Of a stretch of 64,000 nt of DNA, positions 45,140 to 54,750 are shown in pieces (within the stretch, counting starts at the first letter, position 1; every line of letters begins with the position of its first letter). The stretch spans positions 140,388 through 204,387 of the IMG/VR virus record IMGVR_UViG_3300009177_000028, one strand, 5' to 3'. Under the pieces are notes generated by a model. That model saw only the letters and a program-made list of their open reading frames with translations. It was not told the DNA's origin and did not search any database. A program made the position numbers and the translations under genes.

Positions 45140-45424
45140 ATGAACTTCAAAAACGTTCAAGATTTTTTCAAGAGCTGGGGCATGTATCCAAGTGGGGAGG
45201 ATACAGACGACTACAGCCCCGATGTCATCGAACAGGGCATCAATCGCGGTTGCTACTTCAAACTGATTGAGGAGGCCAAGCGAGCAAACGGTGATTCGTT
45301 TGCGCAGTTCTGCTCACGTCAGATTGACGCCACGGATGATGCCTTCTACCTGACCGCCGATTCTTGGGGCGAGCTGGAGGACGCTTGGGCGGAATGGACG
45401 ATGCACAACGCGGTAGGCGTCTGA
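45140..45424 (+). CDS. acidic hypothetical protein
   Basis: 94-aa ORF. Confidence 0.65.
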   Translation: MNFKNVQDFFKSWGMYPSGEDTDDYSPDVIEQGINRGCYFKLIEEAKRANGDSFAQFCSRQIDATDDAFYLTADSWGELEDAWAEWTMHNAVGV

Positions 45425-45455
45425 TCGACCAAGACTGATTCATCCAACTTTTAGC

Positions 45456-45483
45456 TTGACTCATTCAATCCAAGAATTATAAT
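45456..45483 (+). promoter_or_regulatory. sigma70-type promoter
   Basis: TTGACT-16 nt-TATAAT. Confidence 0.7.
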
Positions 45484-45632
45484 TGAGGTCATCCCCGTAG
45501 CGGAGGATCCACTCTACTACCAGAACCCTATAAATTCCTCAGTAATTCCGGATAATTACCGGAAGTGTTTCTCGACAAACGAATGAGGGATCTATGGGAG
45601 AAGTAAGTATATAGAGGATCAGGAGGAGCATC

Positions 45633-45815
45633 ATGAGTGTCAAGGTGGGTGATAAGTACCCCTGGAACAACAAGGGTGCTATTCTTCAGGTGGTGGAAGT
45701 AAAAGGTCGGAAGGTAAAGTTCGAGGTGTTTGGAGCTGTTCCCTTGTATGGGAGCATGAGACTTCAGGACTTTACCGAGAAGTACCTCAGCAGAAAAGTA
45801 CGAAAAGCAGCATGA
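45633..45815 (+). CDS. small SH3-like hypothetical protein
   Basis: GGAGGAG SD; ends RKAA. Confidence 0.65.
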   Translation: MSVKVGDKYPWNNKGAILQVVEVKGRKVKFEVFGAVPLYGSMRLQDFTEKYLSRKVRKAA

Positions 45816-46018
45816 AGTGGCCAGCTCAATTCATTCTGGAATTACGTTGGCCCCGAGATATCCCAGTGTGGTGGGATTGGCGGCAGAGGTGGGGAGTGGA
45901 CACACATCAGGTCGAGCAAGGGAATTGGCCTGATGGTTCCCCTATGAGCCCCGCCACCACACGTATTCACTGGTGGGTTTGGACCCTAATCATCATCTGG
46001 AAAACGAGAAAGTCATGA
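45812..46018 (+). CDS. Trp-rich small protein
   Basis: ATGA overlaps. Confidence 0.55.
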   Translation: MKWPAQFILELRWPRDIPVWWDWRQRWGVDTHQVEQGNWPDGSPMSPATTRIHWWVWTLIIIWKTRKS

Positions 46019-46356
46019 ACCGAAAAGAAGTTGAGAATCTCCGTCTCCGAAAGTCGGATGATCTGGTCAAGCTGGCGGCTGACTTGGGATACGACTCCGC
46101 CCCTCAGCAGCTCCAATGTAACAATGGGGCACACGTCTCCGGACTTCTCAACTTCTTTGACGACAATCCTGGTGCCATGGAAGTTCTTCAGGAGTGGATT
46201 CTGGAGAACTACGGCCTAGGTGAGGATGTCGAGGACGAAGAGGAAGAGAGTGAAGAGGGTTACATTCACGACAGCATGGAAGAATGTGCGGTCGCAGGTG
46301 ACCATCTCAAATCATGTGATGATGACGGTTACTGCAACAACTGTGGTTTCCAGTGA
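46015..46356 (+). CDS. acidic hypothetical protein
   Basis: ATGA overlap; C..H..C..C..C tail. Confidence 0.7.
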   Translation: MNRKEVENLRLRKSDDLVKLAADLGYDSAPQQLQCNNGAHVSGLLNFFDDNPGAMEVLQEWILENYGLGEDVEDEEEESEEGYIHDSMEECAVAGDHLKSCDDDGYCNNCGFQ

Positions 46357-46367
46357 AGGAGGATGTC

Positions 46368-46643
46368 ATGGACTTCAACAAGTTTCCGTTCAAGAAGACG
46401 TTTCCGCACACGGGTAGTGACTTCTCCGCCACCCACGCAGCAGAGAGTTGGCTGAAGGAAAATGGATTCAGCCTGGGGACCATGTGTTCTCCCGAGCCGC
46501 GAGCCATCATGAAGGGAGAAGTGTTCCTGCCGAAGTGGCATCACTTCTCGACCAAGGATCATGCATCCTTCGATGGGGTTGCGACGGCTACCAACTGGCG
46601 CACGGGTGACGTAACGGTCTACCTCAAGGCCGAGCCAGTGTGA
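46368..46643 (+). CDS. conserved hypothetical protein
   Basis: GGAGG SD; AAESWLKENGFSLG.M..PRAI. Confidence 0.7.
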   Translation: MDFNKFPFKKTFPHTGSDFSATHAAESWLKENGFSLGTMCSPEPRAIMKGEVFLPKWHHFSTKDHASFDGVATATNWRTGDVTVYLKAEPV

Positions 46644-46737
46644 TATGCTTACCGTCCGCCAGCACTACGTCCTACGTACGGTATCGCTAGCGGTAATCCT
46701 CCTACTTTGGATTACCTGCAAGTAAAGGAGAACTCAA

Positions 46738-47007
46738 ATGTGCAATGGTGAGAGCTGTCGTATCGAGAAGGGGAATGAAGGTCCCACTCTCAATCACGTC
46801 TACAACAACCTACTCCAACGCTGGGGTGCTAATGGCACCGATGCTTCCCCCGAGTGTGAGGATTGCGGATGCGACCTCACAGGTAAGGAAGTGTACGAGA
46901 CCAGCACCAACTGGTTGTGCGCCGAGTGCAAGGAAAAGGATGACGAGACCTACCACGAGCCAATCTGGCAGGAAGACTTCTACGCAGGTCGGTACGTGGC
47001 CAGGTGA
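46738..47007 (+). CDS. Zn-finger small protein
   Basis: CEDC, CAEC. Confidence 0.65.
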   Translation: MCNGESCRIEKGNEGPTLNHVYNNLLQRWGANGTDASPECEDCGCDLTGKEVYETSTNWLCAECKEKDDETYHEPIWQEDFYAGRYVAR

Positions 47008-47008
47008 A

Positions 47009-47377
47009 TCACTCCTGGTCTTTCTCGATGGTATGACAGACGGTTACACGTCGCATTGAGACATCGCTCAGGCGCAGGTTACTTCCCTGGTGGATGGCGA
47101 AGTTCTTCAGGATGTGTGCCTTGACCGTCTTCTGCATTTCTTCGTAGGTACTTGGAGTTACATTGAATCCATGTAGGACGAAGTGAATCAAAGCCTCCAT
47201 ATCCATTGAGTCGCAATCGAATCGCCGGAAGATACCGAGGATCGTTTCCTGAATTCGGTGGTTCTCAAACGTACTGATGGATACAGTAGGGCGCCTGGTG
47301 GGACGCAGCATGTTGCTGTAGGATGAGGCAAACGGAAGAGTCTTGGGCTTGGTCATCGCAGAGACATAATAGCGCAT
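47009..47377 (-). CDS. antisense gene, paralogue of 52534-52845
   Basis: IQ...G.F....DM.A.IHF....F.V...Y......K.H...NF...GS..R....MRR shared. Confidence 0.8.
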   Translation of the reverse strand: MRYYVSAMTKPKTLPFASSYSNMLRPTRRPTVSISTFENHRIQETILGIFRRFDCDSMDMEALIHFVLHGFNVTPSTYEEMQKTVKAHILKNFAIHQGSNLRLSDVSMRRVTVCHTIEKDQE

Positions 47378-47650
47378 GAGCCGCCTGTTTGGGAAGTAAA
47401 ATCGGCAGCGACCTCAGCTATTGAACGTGGGATAAGTTATCCACATTGGGGAAAGGAAGGTTGCAATAATGAAACGGTCGGAGATTCCCGGATTCATAAG
47501 TGAAATGAACGCAATGTTTGCGCAGCAGATGTCGGCTCTTCCGGTCAAGAAGAAGGCACTGGAGGACATGAAGGCAGGATTCAGCGATGGTGTGCGAATA
47601 TGCATCCATATGCTCCAAGAAAAGGGACACCTGAAAGTGGAGGAATGACC

Positions 47651-48067
47651 ATGAAACACATCTCTCTCGTGAGCGTCTTCTTACTTGCCTGTAGCAGCGC
47701 TACCTACGTCTACCCCAACCCCAACTCTACCGAGAATGGGGTAGACGGTGGTTCCAAGTCGGATGACAGTGGAGATCCAACCATCTCCGGGAAGGATGTG
47801 AGTCAAACGGATTCTTCTACCACCAACACCGACACTGGTTCACCTGTCAACACGCCCGACTCGTCAACCACACCTGATACCACACCGGATACTGGTGTCG
47901 GAAACGCACCCGATGCTGGGAGTAGTTGTGTGCGTCAATCCAACCTGGACTACCAGTGTGGCGGAGCTGGGCCCAAGAACTACCTATGCAGTACCAGCAT
48001 GCCACCTGGTCAAGGGTGCAACTTGTACGAGCACTCGGTCAACGGGTATGTTTACTGCTGTCCGTGA
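47651..48067 (+). CDS. lipoprotein with Ser/Thr linker and Cys-rich C-terminal domain
   Basis: lipobox VFLLAC; CVRQ..C..C..C..YCCP. Confidence 0.8.
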   Translation: MKHISLVSVFLLACSSATYVYPNPNSTENGVDGGSKSDDSGDPTISGKDVSQTDSSTTNTDTGSPVNTPDSSTTPDTTPDTGVGNAPDAGSSCVRQSNLDYQCGGAGPKNYLCSTSMPPGQGCNLYEHSVNGYVYCCP

Positions 48068-48073
48068 GGCACC

Positions 48074-48313
48074 ATGAACAACTTTCTGGCACGCTGGTCT
48101 GAAGCATACGACAAGCTGAAGAAGTGCACATCACCCATCTCTGCCTTCACCAAGGCATTCGAGATGACAGCCAAGAATCCTACGGATGCTTCTGCACATC
48201 GGGAAGCTCTGTTGGATGTGTGCGTGGAAAAGGGCTGGATGGCCTCCAAGCACGCAGGTCCAACCACAACTCAAGTTCTGACAATGGAGGAGAAAGATGT
48301 TCGACAAGGGTGA
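48074..48313 (+). CDS. hypothetical protein
   Basis: GAGG SD. Confidence 0.6.
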   Translation: MNNFLARWSEAYDKLKKCTSPISAFTKAFEMTAKNPTDASAHREALLDVCVEKGWMASKHAGPTTTQVLTMEEKDVRQG

Positions 48314-48497
48314 TCGTGTGATGACTCCGGGTGGGGCGGGTACTGTCGTCTACAAGCGCATGGCCCCGCCCGACTTTTTCGAGGTGGATGTCTACAGTGT
48401 GTGCTTGGACACCCGCAAGGCGGAGACGGAGAAGCCTCCTTTCCCGAGCTACAGTGGAACCATCTACAAGGCCGAGATGGTCAAGCCGGAGAAGTGA
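48297..48497 (+). CDS. SH3-like small protein, paralogue of 49284-49475
   Basis: KGDRV.TPGG.G....RM.PP...V..L...YSGTIY.A..VK shared. Confidence 0.75.
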   Translation: MFDKGDRVMTPGGAGTVVYKRMAPPDFFEVDVYSVCLDTRKAETEKPPFPSYSGTIYKAEMVKPEK

Positions 48498-48792
48498 ATG
48501 TGGTTTCACTTCCGCAAGCGTGACCTACTTTGGATGATGGTGAAATCCATATTCACCAATCCAACTACAACCAAGGAAATCCAATGTCCGAGTTGCAAAA
48601 AGAAGTTCAACATCTCGAATTAGTGGATGGGGATGGAAAGGTGGCAGCGGTCATGACCAAAGCATCACCTCTCCCTATCTGCTGTGACCCAGGCAGACAT
48701 TGCGCACATCATGGAGGAGACCCCTTCTTTTGCTGCAAGTGCGCCGCTGAATTCAGCTACGCAGATGTCGTGGAAAAGAAAGGAAAGTTCAC

Positions 48793-49287
48793 ATGAGTAG
48801 GAAACTCCCGTTGGAGATTCAACGAAACTACACCATCATCGACCGGAAGCAAGCGTGGGAGTTGAAGTGTATTGTTTGCAATGAACGATATCAGCTCAAC
48901 AAGCCCACCAAGGGAGAGGATGTTCACGGTGGAAACATCCTTCACCTTCTGGATCATGCGGCCTCACATCCGCTCCCGCAGGAGGACGGTGAGCCTACGT
49001 TGGATGAGGTGGAGGTCATCCCATCTCCTCCCATCTCGCAGGTTTCACTATCTCCCACCAATCACAATTCCAGCGCTCCTACACTGAAGTATCCCAATAC
49101 TTACATGGTGGAGATGACTGCCAATATCACCAAAGTTTCTGCATTCCGAGATCCCACCTTCGAGGACTATCGGAAGGTTCAGAAGGTGAATGACACTCAA
49201 TACAGAGTGGTCGTTCGTGCAGCTAACGGCAAACATGCCCAGTTGATGGGAACGAGGCTCATCCAAAAAGCTTTGGATGCAAAATGA
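48793..49287 (+). CDS. hypothetical protein with Zn finger
   Basis: CIVC...HLLDHAASH. Confidence 0.65.
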   Translation: MSRKLPLEIQRNYTIIDRKQAWELKCIVCNERYQLNKPTKGEDVHGGNILHLLDHAASHPLPQEDGEPTLDEVEVIPSPPISQVSLSPTNHNSSAPTLKYPNTYMVEMTANITKVSAFRDPTFEDYRKVQKVNDTQYRVVVRAANGKHAQLMGTRLIQKALDAK

Positions 49288-49475
49288 TCTTTGGAAAAGG
49301 AGACCGTGTATTGACACCTGGAGGTGAAGGTGATATCATCTTCAGACGGATGAAACCGCCACGCAAAGTGGAGGTTCAATCTTACTGTGTCAAACTGTAT
49401 TCCAAAGCAAAGAATCCAGTTTATTCAGGAACCATCTACCCGGCAAAGGACGTAAAGTCCACCAACGAGGAGTAA
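49284..49475 (+). CDS. SH3-like small protein, paralogue of 48297-48497
   Basis: see paralogue; ATGA overlap. Confidence 0.75.
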   Translation: MIFGKGDRVLTPGGEGDIIFRRMKPPRKVEVQSYCVKLYSKAKNPVYSGTIYPAKDVKSTNEE

Positions 49476-49479
49476 GACA

Positions 49480-49839
49480 ATGTATTGTTCCAATGCAGCA
49501 CTGACCACCCACAACTACAGTGTGATTCGTGAGCTGACCCAGGAGGTTCCCGTGTTCAAGAGCATGTCGCAGCTTCGGGCTCGCAATAAGAAGATTGGCC
49601 ACATCTTCTTCTCTCGTGCTACCATGAAGCAGTGGAACAGCAAAATCGAGACGACTCTCTACAAAGGACGATTCTTCATCATGTCGGAGCAGGGACGTGA
49701 GCAGAACGCCAAGCGGAAGTTCAAGATTTGGGAGGCTCTTCAATCGGGGGAGGTTGTCAGTCTCGGTCAGGGCATCGCTTACCCCGACCTGGATACAGCC
49801 AAGGAAGCTCTCCGTGCCATCCTGAAGATGTACAAGTGA
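49480..49839 (+). CDS. conserved phage-type hypothetical protein
   Basis: HIFFSRATMKQWNSKIE..GRFFIMSEQ motif. Confidence 0.7.
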   Translation: MYCSNAALTTHNYSVIRELTQEVPVFKSMSQLRARNKKIGHIFFSRATMKQWNSKIETTLYKGRFFIMSEQGREQNAKRKFKIWEALQSGEVVSLGQGIAYPDLDTAKEALRAILKMYK

Positions 49840-50577
49840 GTGCCAGCAATCGCAAGGTAATGGCAAAGCCGAAAAAGGATGACCTACCTACACGGTTATA
49901 CTTCTTTGCCATCCGACACCAAGGTGATTCGTACGCAGCCGAAGTGTTGATGTCGTTTTGCCGAGGAGATTGTTTACATCTTGCCGATGAAACGGATAGG
50001 TGTGAGTTGTGCGGCACCAAGAGGGTGAGGAATTGAGCGAGCTAATCACTATTGTCTGTTCGTTAGTGGCGGTGGGAGGTATCGTCCTGTTTGCGAAACT
50101 CACCCTCACTCGCCCCAAACGAAAAGAAGATAGGTGGTTCGAGGTTGATTCCGCACAAGTTACACATGCGCACCGGAAAGCGAAAGAGAAAAAGCGATGA
50201 ACCAAAAACCGGAATTGGTTCCACACTGGGTCATCTTCTACTACGATGATGGTACGTGGTGGACCAGTGGCCCATATGCCGATAAGTTGGTAGCAGATGA
50301 CTTCTACGATTCCTGTACCGGCGTTCGGCTTCACGTTTACAAGCGGAAGGTAATGCTTCCCCTAATCAAGGAAAACAAGAGATGAAGACATACACTGAAG
50401 CAGAGGTGGATGCCATGACCGACTGCACCTGTGATGGTGCGTTGGAGCATGACAACCAAGGACAGCTCGTCATCTACACCGGCATCTTTCGGTGGAATGA
50501 TGGGACCTTTCATGACGAGCCGGATCCCAGCATGAATGACGAGGACGAAGATTCGTAAAAGAAAACGTCAATTGTAA

Positions 50578-50606
50578 TTGACAAGAAACCAATTGAGTGA
50601 TAGAGT
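50578..50606 (+). promoter_or_regulatory. sigma70-type promoter
   Basis: TTGACA-17 nt-TAGAGT with upstream TG. Confidence 0.65.
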
Positions 50607-50626
50607 TTGAATTGAAAGGGAGAATC

Positions 50627-50971
50627 ATGAAACACATCAATGCATTGTTTTCGTTCTCGGTAATGGCGGCTTCTCTGGTGGCAGCGGGCGGTAGCTATCT
50701 GATGCTGACCACTCCAATCAAGGCGGAGACTGCCAGGGTGGAGGCGCCCCATGCGCCTCCGGCCCCCATTCCTTCCGTGGAGGTTCCGCCTCCGGATCCG
50801 ATGATCCTGTCCGAGGTGGTCATTGCGGCCCCAAAGAATACGGTCAAGCCTGCACCGATTCGTGCTAAGGTGGCCCTCCCCAAACCGCCCACCCCCAAGC
50901 AGTTCCTCTGTGAGGAAAACTGGCAGGACAGTGCCATTGGAGGACGTTACAAGCGGTGTGATTGGAAGTAA
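50627..50971 (+). CDS. membrane-anchored Pro-rich protein
   Basis: N-terminal TM helix, Pro-rich stalk, C-terminal Cys pair. Confidence 0.7.
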   Translation: MKHINALFSFSVMAASLVAAGGSYLMLTTPIKAETARVEAPHAPPAPIPSVEVPPPDPMILSEVVIAAPKNTVKPAPIRAKVALPKPPTPKQFLCEENWQDSAIGGRYKRCDWK

Positions 50972-50982
50972 GGAGCAAGCCA

Positions 50983-51204
50983 ATGGCTGGCGCTACAAGA
51001 CATACCTACAAGCAAGAGTTGATCAAACAGATTACGCAGAGTTTCCGACGTTCCAGCTTGGTAGCTGTGCCGGAGTCATGCCTGCGAGATATGTCTACAT
51101 CTTCCCTTGCTGCATTCCAGGAGTGGTTGGAGCCTCTCCTCCGGGATAATCCATCTCTCACTCCAGCTTCACATAGGTTACCAAGTAAGAAAGGTAGGGA
51201 TTGA
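50983..51204 (+). CDS. hypothetical protein
   Basis: AAGGAG SD. Confidence 0.6.
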   Translation: MAGATRHTYKQELIKQITQSFRRSSLVAVPESCLRDMSTSSLAAFQEWLEPLLRDNPSLTPASHRLPSKKGRD

Positions 51205-51208
51205 ACGA

Positions 51209-51544
51209 ATGGACCGCGTAAATTTGGGAGAGCGTCTGCAACAGTGGCATTCATCGATGCACGATCCGGTTTATGCGGTCGGTTCGTTCTACTTTGCCGA
51301 CCAGGTGTATCCGAAGAAAGAGATTGTGGAGCATTGTATTCGCAATCTCAAAGAGGATATCCGGGACAAGAAAAAGATGCTGAAGGGCATCAAGGTTCGT
51401 CGCTACAACAGCTTCTACGGTAAGTGGATTGACGACCAGAAAAAGTTCGCTGGCTACACCAACGCACAATTGCGAACTGACATCAAAGACCTGGAAGACA
51501 TCGTGAAGGAAGTGGAGTGGTTCCTCCGGGAAGACTACAAGTAA
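51209..51544 (+). CDS. hypothetical protein
   Basis: WHSSMHDPVYAVGS motif. Confidence 0.65.
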   Translation: MDRVNLGERLQQWHSSMHDPVYAVGSFYFADQVYPKKEIVEHCIRNLKEDIRDKKKMLKGIKVRRYNSFYGKWIDDQKKFAGYTNAQLRTDIKDLEDIVKEVEWFLREDYK

Positions 51545-51714
51545 ATGTTGCTCGTCAAGATGACATTGAAGCAGGCCGAGATGTTGGGAATCGTCAAGTG
51601 TAAGCACTGCGGCTACCCACCCAACAACCACTTCACACACGGTAAAAAAGTGTGTGCTCATGCTCCATGTCCTGGTTATGAGCACTCTATCGTCTTACCA
51701 AAGGAGAACCACAA

Positions 51715-52026
51715 GTGAATCAGAAAGAACGTGAGAAGCGCTTGGCTTATGCTCGGAATCAATTCGAGATATCCAAGCTCCATGCAATGATGGCTTTTGC
51801 CGAGGCTACCACGGGAGTTGCCACCATGCGCGACACTGCGCAGGGAAGGGAGCCTACCGAAGAGGAAAGGGCCAAGGGAGTGACCATTGGTTGGAGACCT
51901 CATACCGACCAAGAGAAGATCAAGAACTCTCTGATGGTCATGCAGCGCCACATTCAATTCATGTCAGAACTGAACGACACCATCCACAAACTGATGAGTG
52001 ATGAGAATGAAAACGACGGCACATGA
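51715..52026 (+). CDS. hypothetical protein
   Basis: AAGGAG SD, GTG start. Confidence 0.7.
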   Translation: MNQKEREKRLAYARNQFEISKLHAMMAFAEATTGVATMRDTAQGREPTEEERAKGVTIGWRPHTDQEKIKNSLMVMQRHIQFMSELNDTIHKLMSDENENDGT

Positions 52027-52231
52027 GATCATCTCCAAGCTCAACTGCATGACAGAGCAGGAGCGAGAGCGAGTCCTTTGCGAATTGCTCAATCACTTCT
52101 GCGTGGCCTGTGGGCGAGCTGGAGACTGGCGAGAAGAGACCTGCGACTGTGATCCTTCCGAGGTTCGAGAGCAGGAGCCCGAAGCTATCCAATTGTGGCT
52201 GGTTTATCGGGGAGAGGAGAAGGCTGCCTAA
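51998..52231 (+). CDS. hypothetical protein
   Basis: FCVACG..CDC; ends EKAA. Confidence 0.6.
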   Translation: MMRMKTTAHEIISKLNCMTEQERERVLCELLNHFCVACGRAGDWREETCDCDPSEVREQEPEAIQLWLVYRGEEKAA

Positions 52232-52411
52232 TGGGATTCTTCGATTGGATTGCGAGTCTGTTCGAGCCTCCCCCGAGGTACAAACCACCTGGACGAGTCT
52301 GCCGGCAATGCGGCCGATCCTACCCACATTCGGATCAAGCTCGAATCTGTGAGGATTGGGACAAGGTGTTGGGGAAGGGGAGGCACGAGGCGGGGTGACC
52401 CGCCCGGTGTA

Positions 52412-52446
52412 GGTGGCATGCTTGCAATTAGCAATTTATAGACCGT
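52412..52446 (-). promoter_or_regulatory. repeated sigma54-type element, copy 9 (antisense)
   Basis: minus strand CGG-TCTATAAATT-GC then TAATTGCAAGCATGCCAC; -24 box degenerate, spacing kept. Confidence 0.55.
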
Positions 52447-52456
52447 GGGCCCAAAG

Positions 52457-52486
52457 TTCGGGGCGGCCGAAAACAACCGCCCCGAA
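52457..52486. terminator. GC-rich hairpin, probable terminator of 52534-52845
   Basis: TTCGGGGCGG-10 nt-CCGCCCCGAA. Confidence 0.55.
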
Positions 52487-52533
52487 ACTCTGCTTGCATC
52501 TTTCTTGGTGTGTGTTACACTAGCAATTGAACA

Positions 52534-52845
52534 TCACTTCTTTGGAGATCGTTTCTGAGGGTCTGTATAAAAAACCACCGACCTTCTCATTACCAATTCA
52601 CCTACCCTACACATACTTCCATGCCGAGTATCGAAGTTGCGGATGAGGTGCTGTTTGAGCGCTTGATATACCACCAGGTAGTTGTAAGCGTTCACCTCGA
52701 ATGAGGCCATGGCGAAGTGGATGATGGCATCCATATCGTGTGGGCCAAACCCATACTTCTTGAAGACGCCTACAAGGGCTCTCTGAATGTGTTCGTCATC
52801 CATGTTCGGAAACGAAGCGCCCGGAATAGTCGGCATTGTTGCCAC
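52534..52845 (-). CDS. antisense gene, paralogue of 47009-47377
   Basis: see paralogue. Confidence 0.8.
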   Translation of the reverse strand: MATMPTIPGASFPNMDDEHIQRALVGVFKKYGFGPHDMDAIIHFAMASFEVNAYNYLVVYQALKQHLIRNFDTRHGSMCRVGELVMRRSVVFYTDPQKRSPKK

Positions 52846-52878
52846 ACTTATTGACCTTTCACTACAGAAGGAGGGAGC

Positions 52879-53274
52879 GTGAATATTGCTGAGTTAGCTG
52901 CGCACATTGATGAGCTGTGCGACAAGCATGAGATTGAGGTATACGGTCACACTCGTGGCGGTCGCGCCTACAAGGCAAGCCGCCAGATCCACATTCGTCC
53001 CGTCAAAACCCACATCACCTACTTCATCGCCTTGCATGAGATAGGCCACGTGGTTCATCCCCCTGCGGGGAACGGGCTACCTAGGCTGGAGAAAGAGTAC
53101 CACGCTTGGGACTGGGCGATAGCTAATGCGCTCATTGATCCCAGTGATGTGGTTATGCAGCGCATCCGTAAATACCTTTCCTCCTATCTCGCCAAGGCAC
53201 GGCGTTCGCCTCGTATGAAGTTGCCTGACACGACCCACCCCTTTTGGGATATGGTGGGAGAGAGACCGAGATAA
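52879..53274 (+). CDS. small zincin-like (HExxH) protein
   Basis: IALHEIGH and downstream EYHAW. Confidence 0.65.
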   Translation: MNIAELAAHIDELCDKHEIEVYGHTRGGRAYKASRQIHIRPVKTHITYFIALHEIGHVVHPPAGNGLPRLEKEYHAWDWAIANALIDPSDVVMQRIRKYLSSYLAKARRSPRMKLPDTTHPFWDMVGERPR

Positions 53275-53278
53275 CCAC

Positions 53279-53830
53279 ATGGGCTACTACACTGCCGTCC
53301 TGTTCTCCCACAACTGGTTCGCCAACGAGGGAACCTACACCATCACACGTGAGGTGCAGACCTGCGATTTGAAGGTCATTTTTGAGTATCTCACTTCCGA
53401 AGGGAAAGTCAAGAAGCGGCAGGTCGATACGATTCTCTTGCTGAAGAACGGAAAACACTCACCTGAGGTGGTTGATGTATGGTCATCCAAGGCAGGGAGT
53501 TTCAACGAATTGTGGAGAACAGCAGTGTCTGATATTTCACTACACATTCAGAAAAACATGACGCCTGATGAGAGGAAGCTCTTCATCATCAACTTCTGCG
53601 GACACAACCCACATTATCGTGGCGCACATGTCGCTGACATTTTGGAGATTCTGTATGACACCGACTCTCATGTGGAGAAAACGGATGCCATGTACGAAGC
53701 TCACAAGGCCGACATTGACCAGTATCAGCGGGGGCTGTATTCGATGTGTGTTTTTGTCGCCCTCTATCTCGGGAAGGGCACCGAATGGGAGACCATCAGC
53801 GGTCTCATGCAACGTTTCAATACAAAATAG
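53279..53830 (+). CDS. hypothetical protein
   Basis: 183-aa ORF; may hold two domains. Confidence 0.65.
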   Translation: MGYYTAVLFSHNWFANEGTYTITREVQTCDLKVIFEYLTSEGKVKKRQVDTILLLKNGKHSPEVVDVWSSKAGSFNELWRTAVSDISLHIQKNMTPDERKLFIINFCGHNPHYRGAHVADILEILYDTDSHVEKTDAMYEAHKADIDQYQRGLYSMCVFVALYLGKGTEWETISGLMQRFNTK

Positions 53831-53880
53831 GGCAGTACCACACCAGTGTGATACCGCCCCACCTTGTGCCGGAGAAAGAG

Positions 53881-54396
53881 CTAGCGGCGCCCGAAACGAG
53901 CGTTGAGCTGCTCAACCCATTTTGCCATCAATTCGCCGTCTGTCAACCCACGGTTCTCCTTGAACCTTCTGTCGGGCTTGCCTTCGATGGTGACGTGCAT
54001 GTCACCGATGACCCCACCTGTCCGAGCCCTGCTTTCATCGCTGACCTCTTGCACCGGGGGCGGAAGATCACGCTGCCCCTTGAAACGGCGGTCTGGATAG
54101 CCGCTCTTGGTGAGAGGCCCCGCTCCCTGGACGTTTTGAGAGGGACGACCAGAGGGGCGGCCGGAGGGCCGTCCAGAGCCAGGGCGAGGCTGCTGCGTGT
54201 CGGTGTTGTCGATGATCTCTACCTCTCGGTCATCATCGTACATCCGACCAGTAGGTGGGACGCTGACTCCAACGCGCTGAGCAGGTGCGAACCCACCCCG
54301 CTGTTGAACGTTCTGGTAGGGGTTAGTGCGATGATCAGGGGGTGCGTTCGACTGACCAATCTGCGACACCGGAATAGATTGTGCTGACCTTGCCAT
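53881..54396 (-). CDS. low-complexity protein with two GxPDRRFK repeats
   Basis: LTKSGYPDRRFKGQR and VTIEGKPDRRFKENR; GRPS x3; AAAGGAG SD. Confidence 0.75.
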   Translation of the reverse strand: MARSAQSIPVSQIGQSNAPPDHRTNPYQNVQQRGGFAPAQRVGVSVPPTGRMYDDDREVEIIDNTDTQQPRPGSGRPSGRPSGRPSQNVQGAGPLTKSGYPDRRFKGQRDLPPPVQEVSDESRARTGGVIGDMHVTIEGKPDRRFKENRGLTDGELMAKWVEQLNARFGRR

Positions 54397-54750
54397 GGTG
54401 TGGTTGTCTCCTTTCAACCATCATAAGTCTGCAATCTTAGATTCCAAGATGCAAGGTACTTTTTACTATGACGGATGAGGTCGCCTTCTACCTACGTGTA
54501 ATGAAGGGTTTTTCCGCCCCATGGCGATGATGATTCTTTTTCTGTAGTGTTCATTACAACAAAACTCTACCATACAAATGATGTAGGTTCCTGTGGGACG
54601 CTTCTCCATAATGAGGCACTCTCTCCACACATTGTCGCAGAGAAAAAACCCTTTCAGATTCAGGCCCCAATCAACCCCCATGTGCATTGTTGGAAGATTA
54701 CATTTTCATACTTGAGCTGTCAACTGCGTTTTTTCTCCACACATTATCCA

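Noticed and set aside
23574-52446. Reading TTGGCATGCTTGC as a plus-strand sigma54 promoter
   Set aside because: Spacing is GG-N7-GC; the correct GG-N10-GC match is on the opposite strand.
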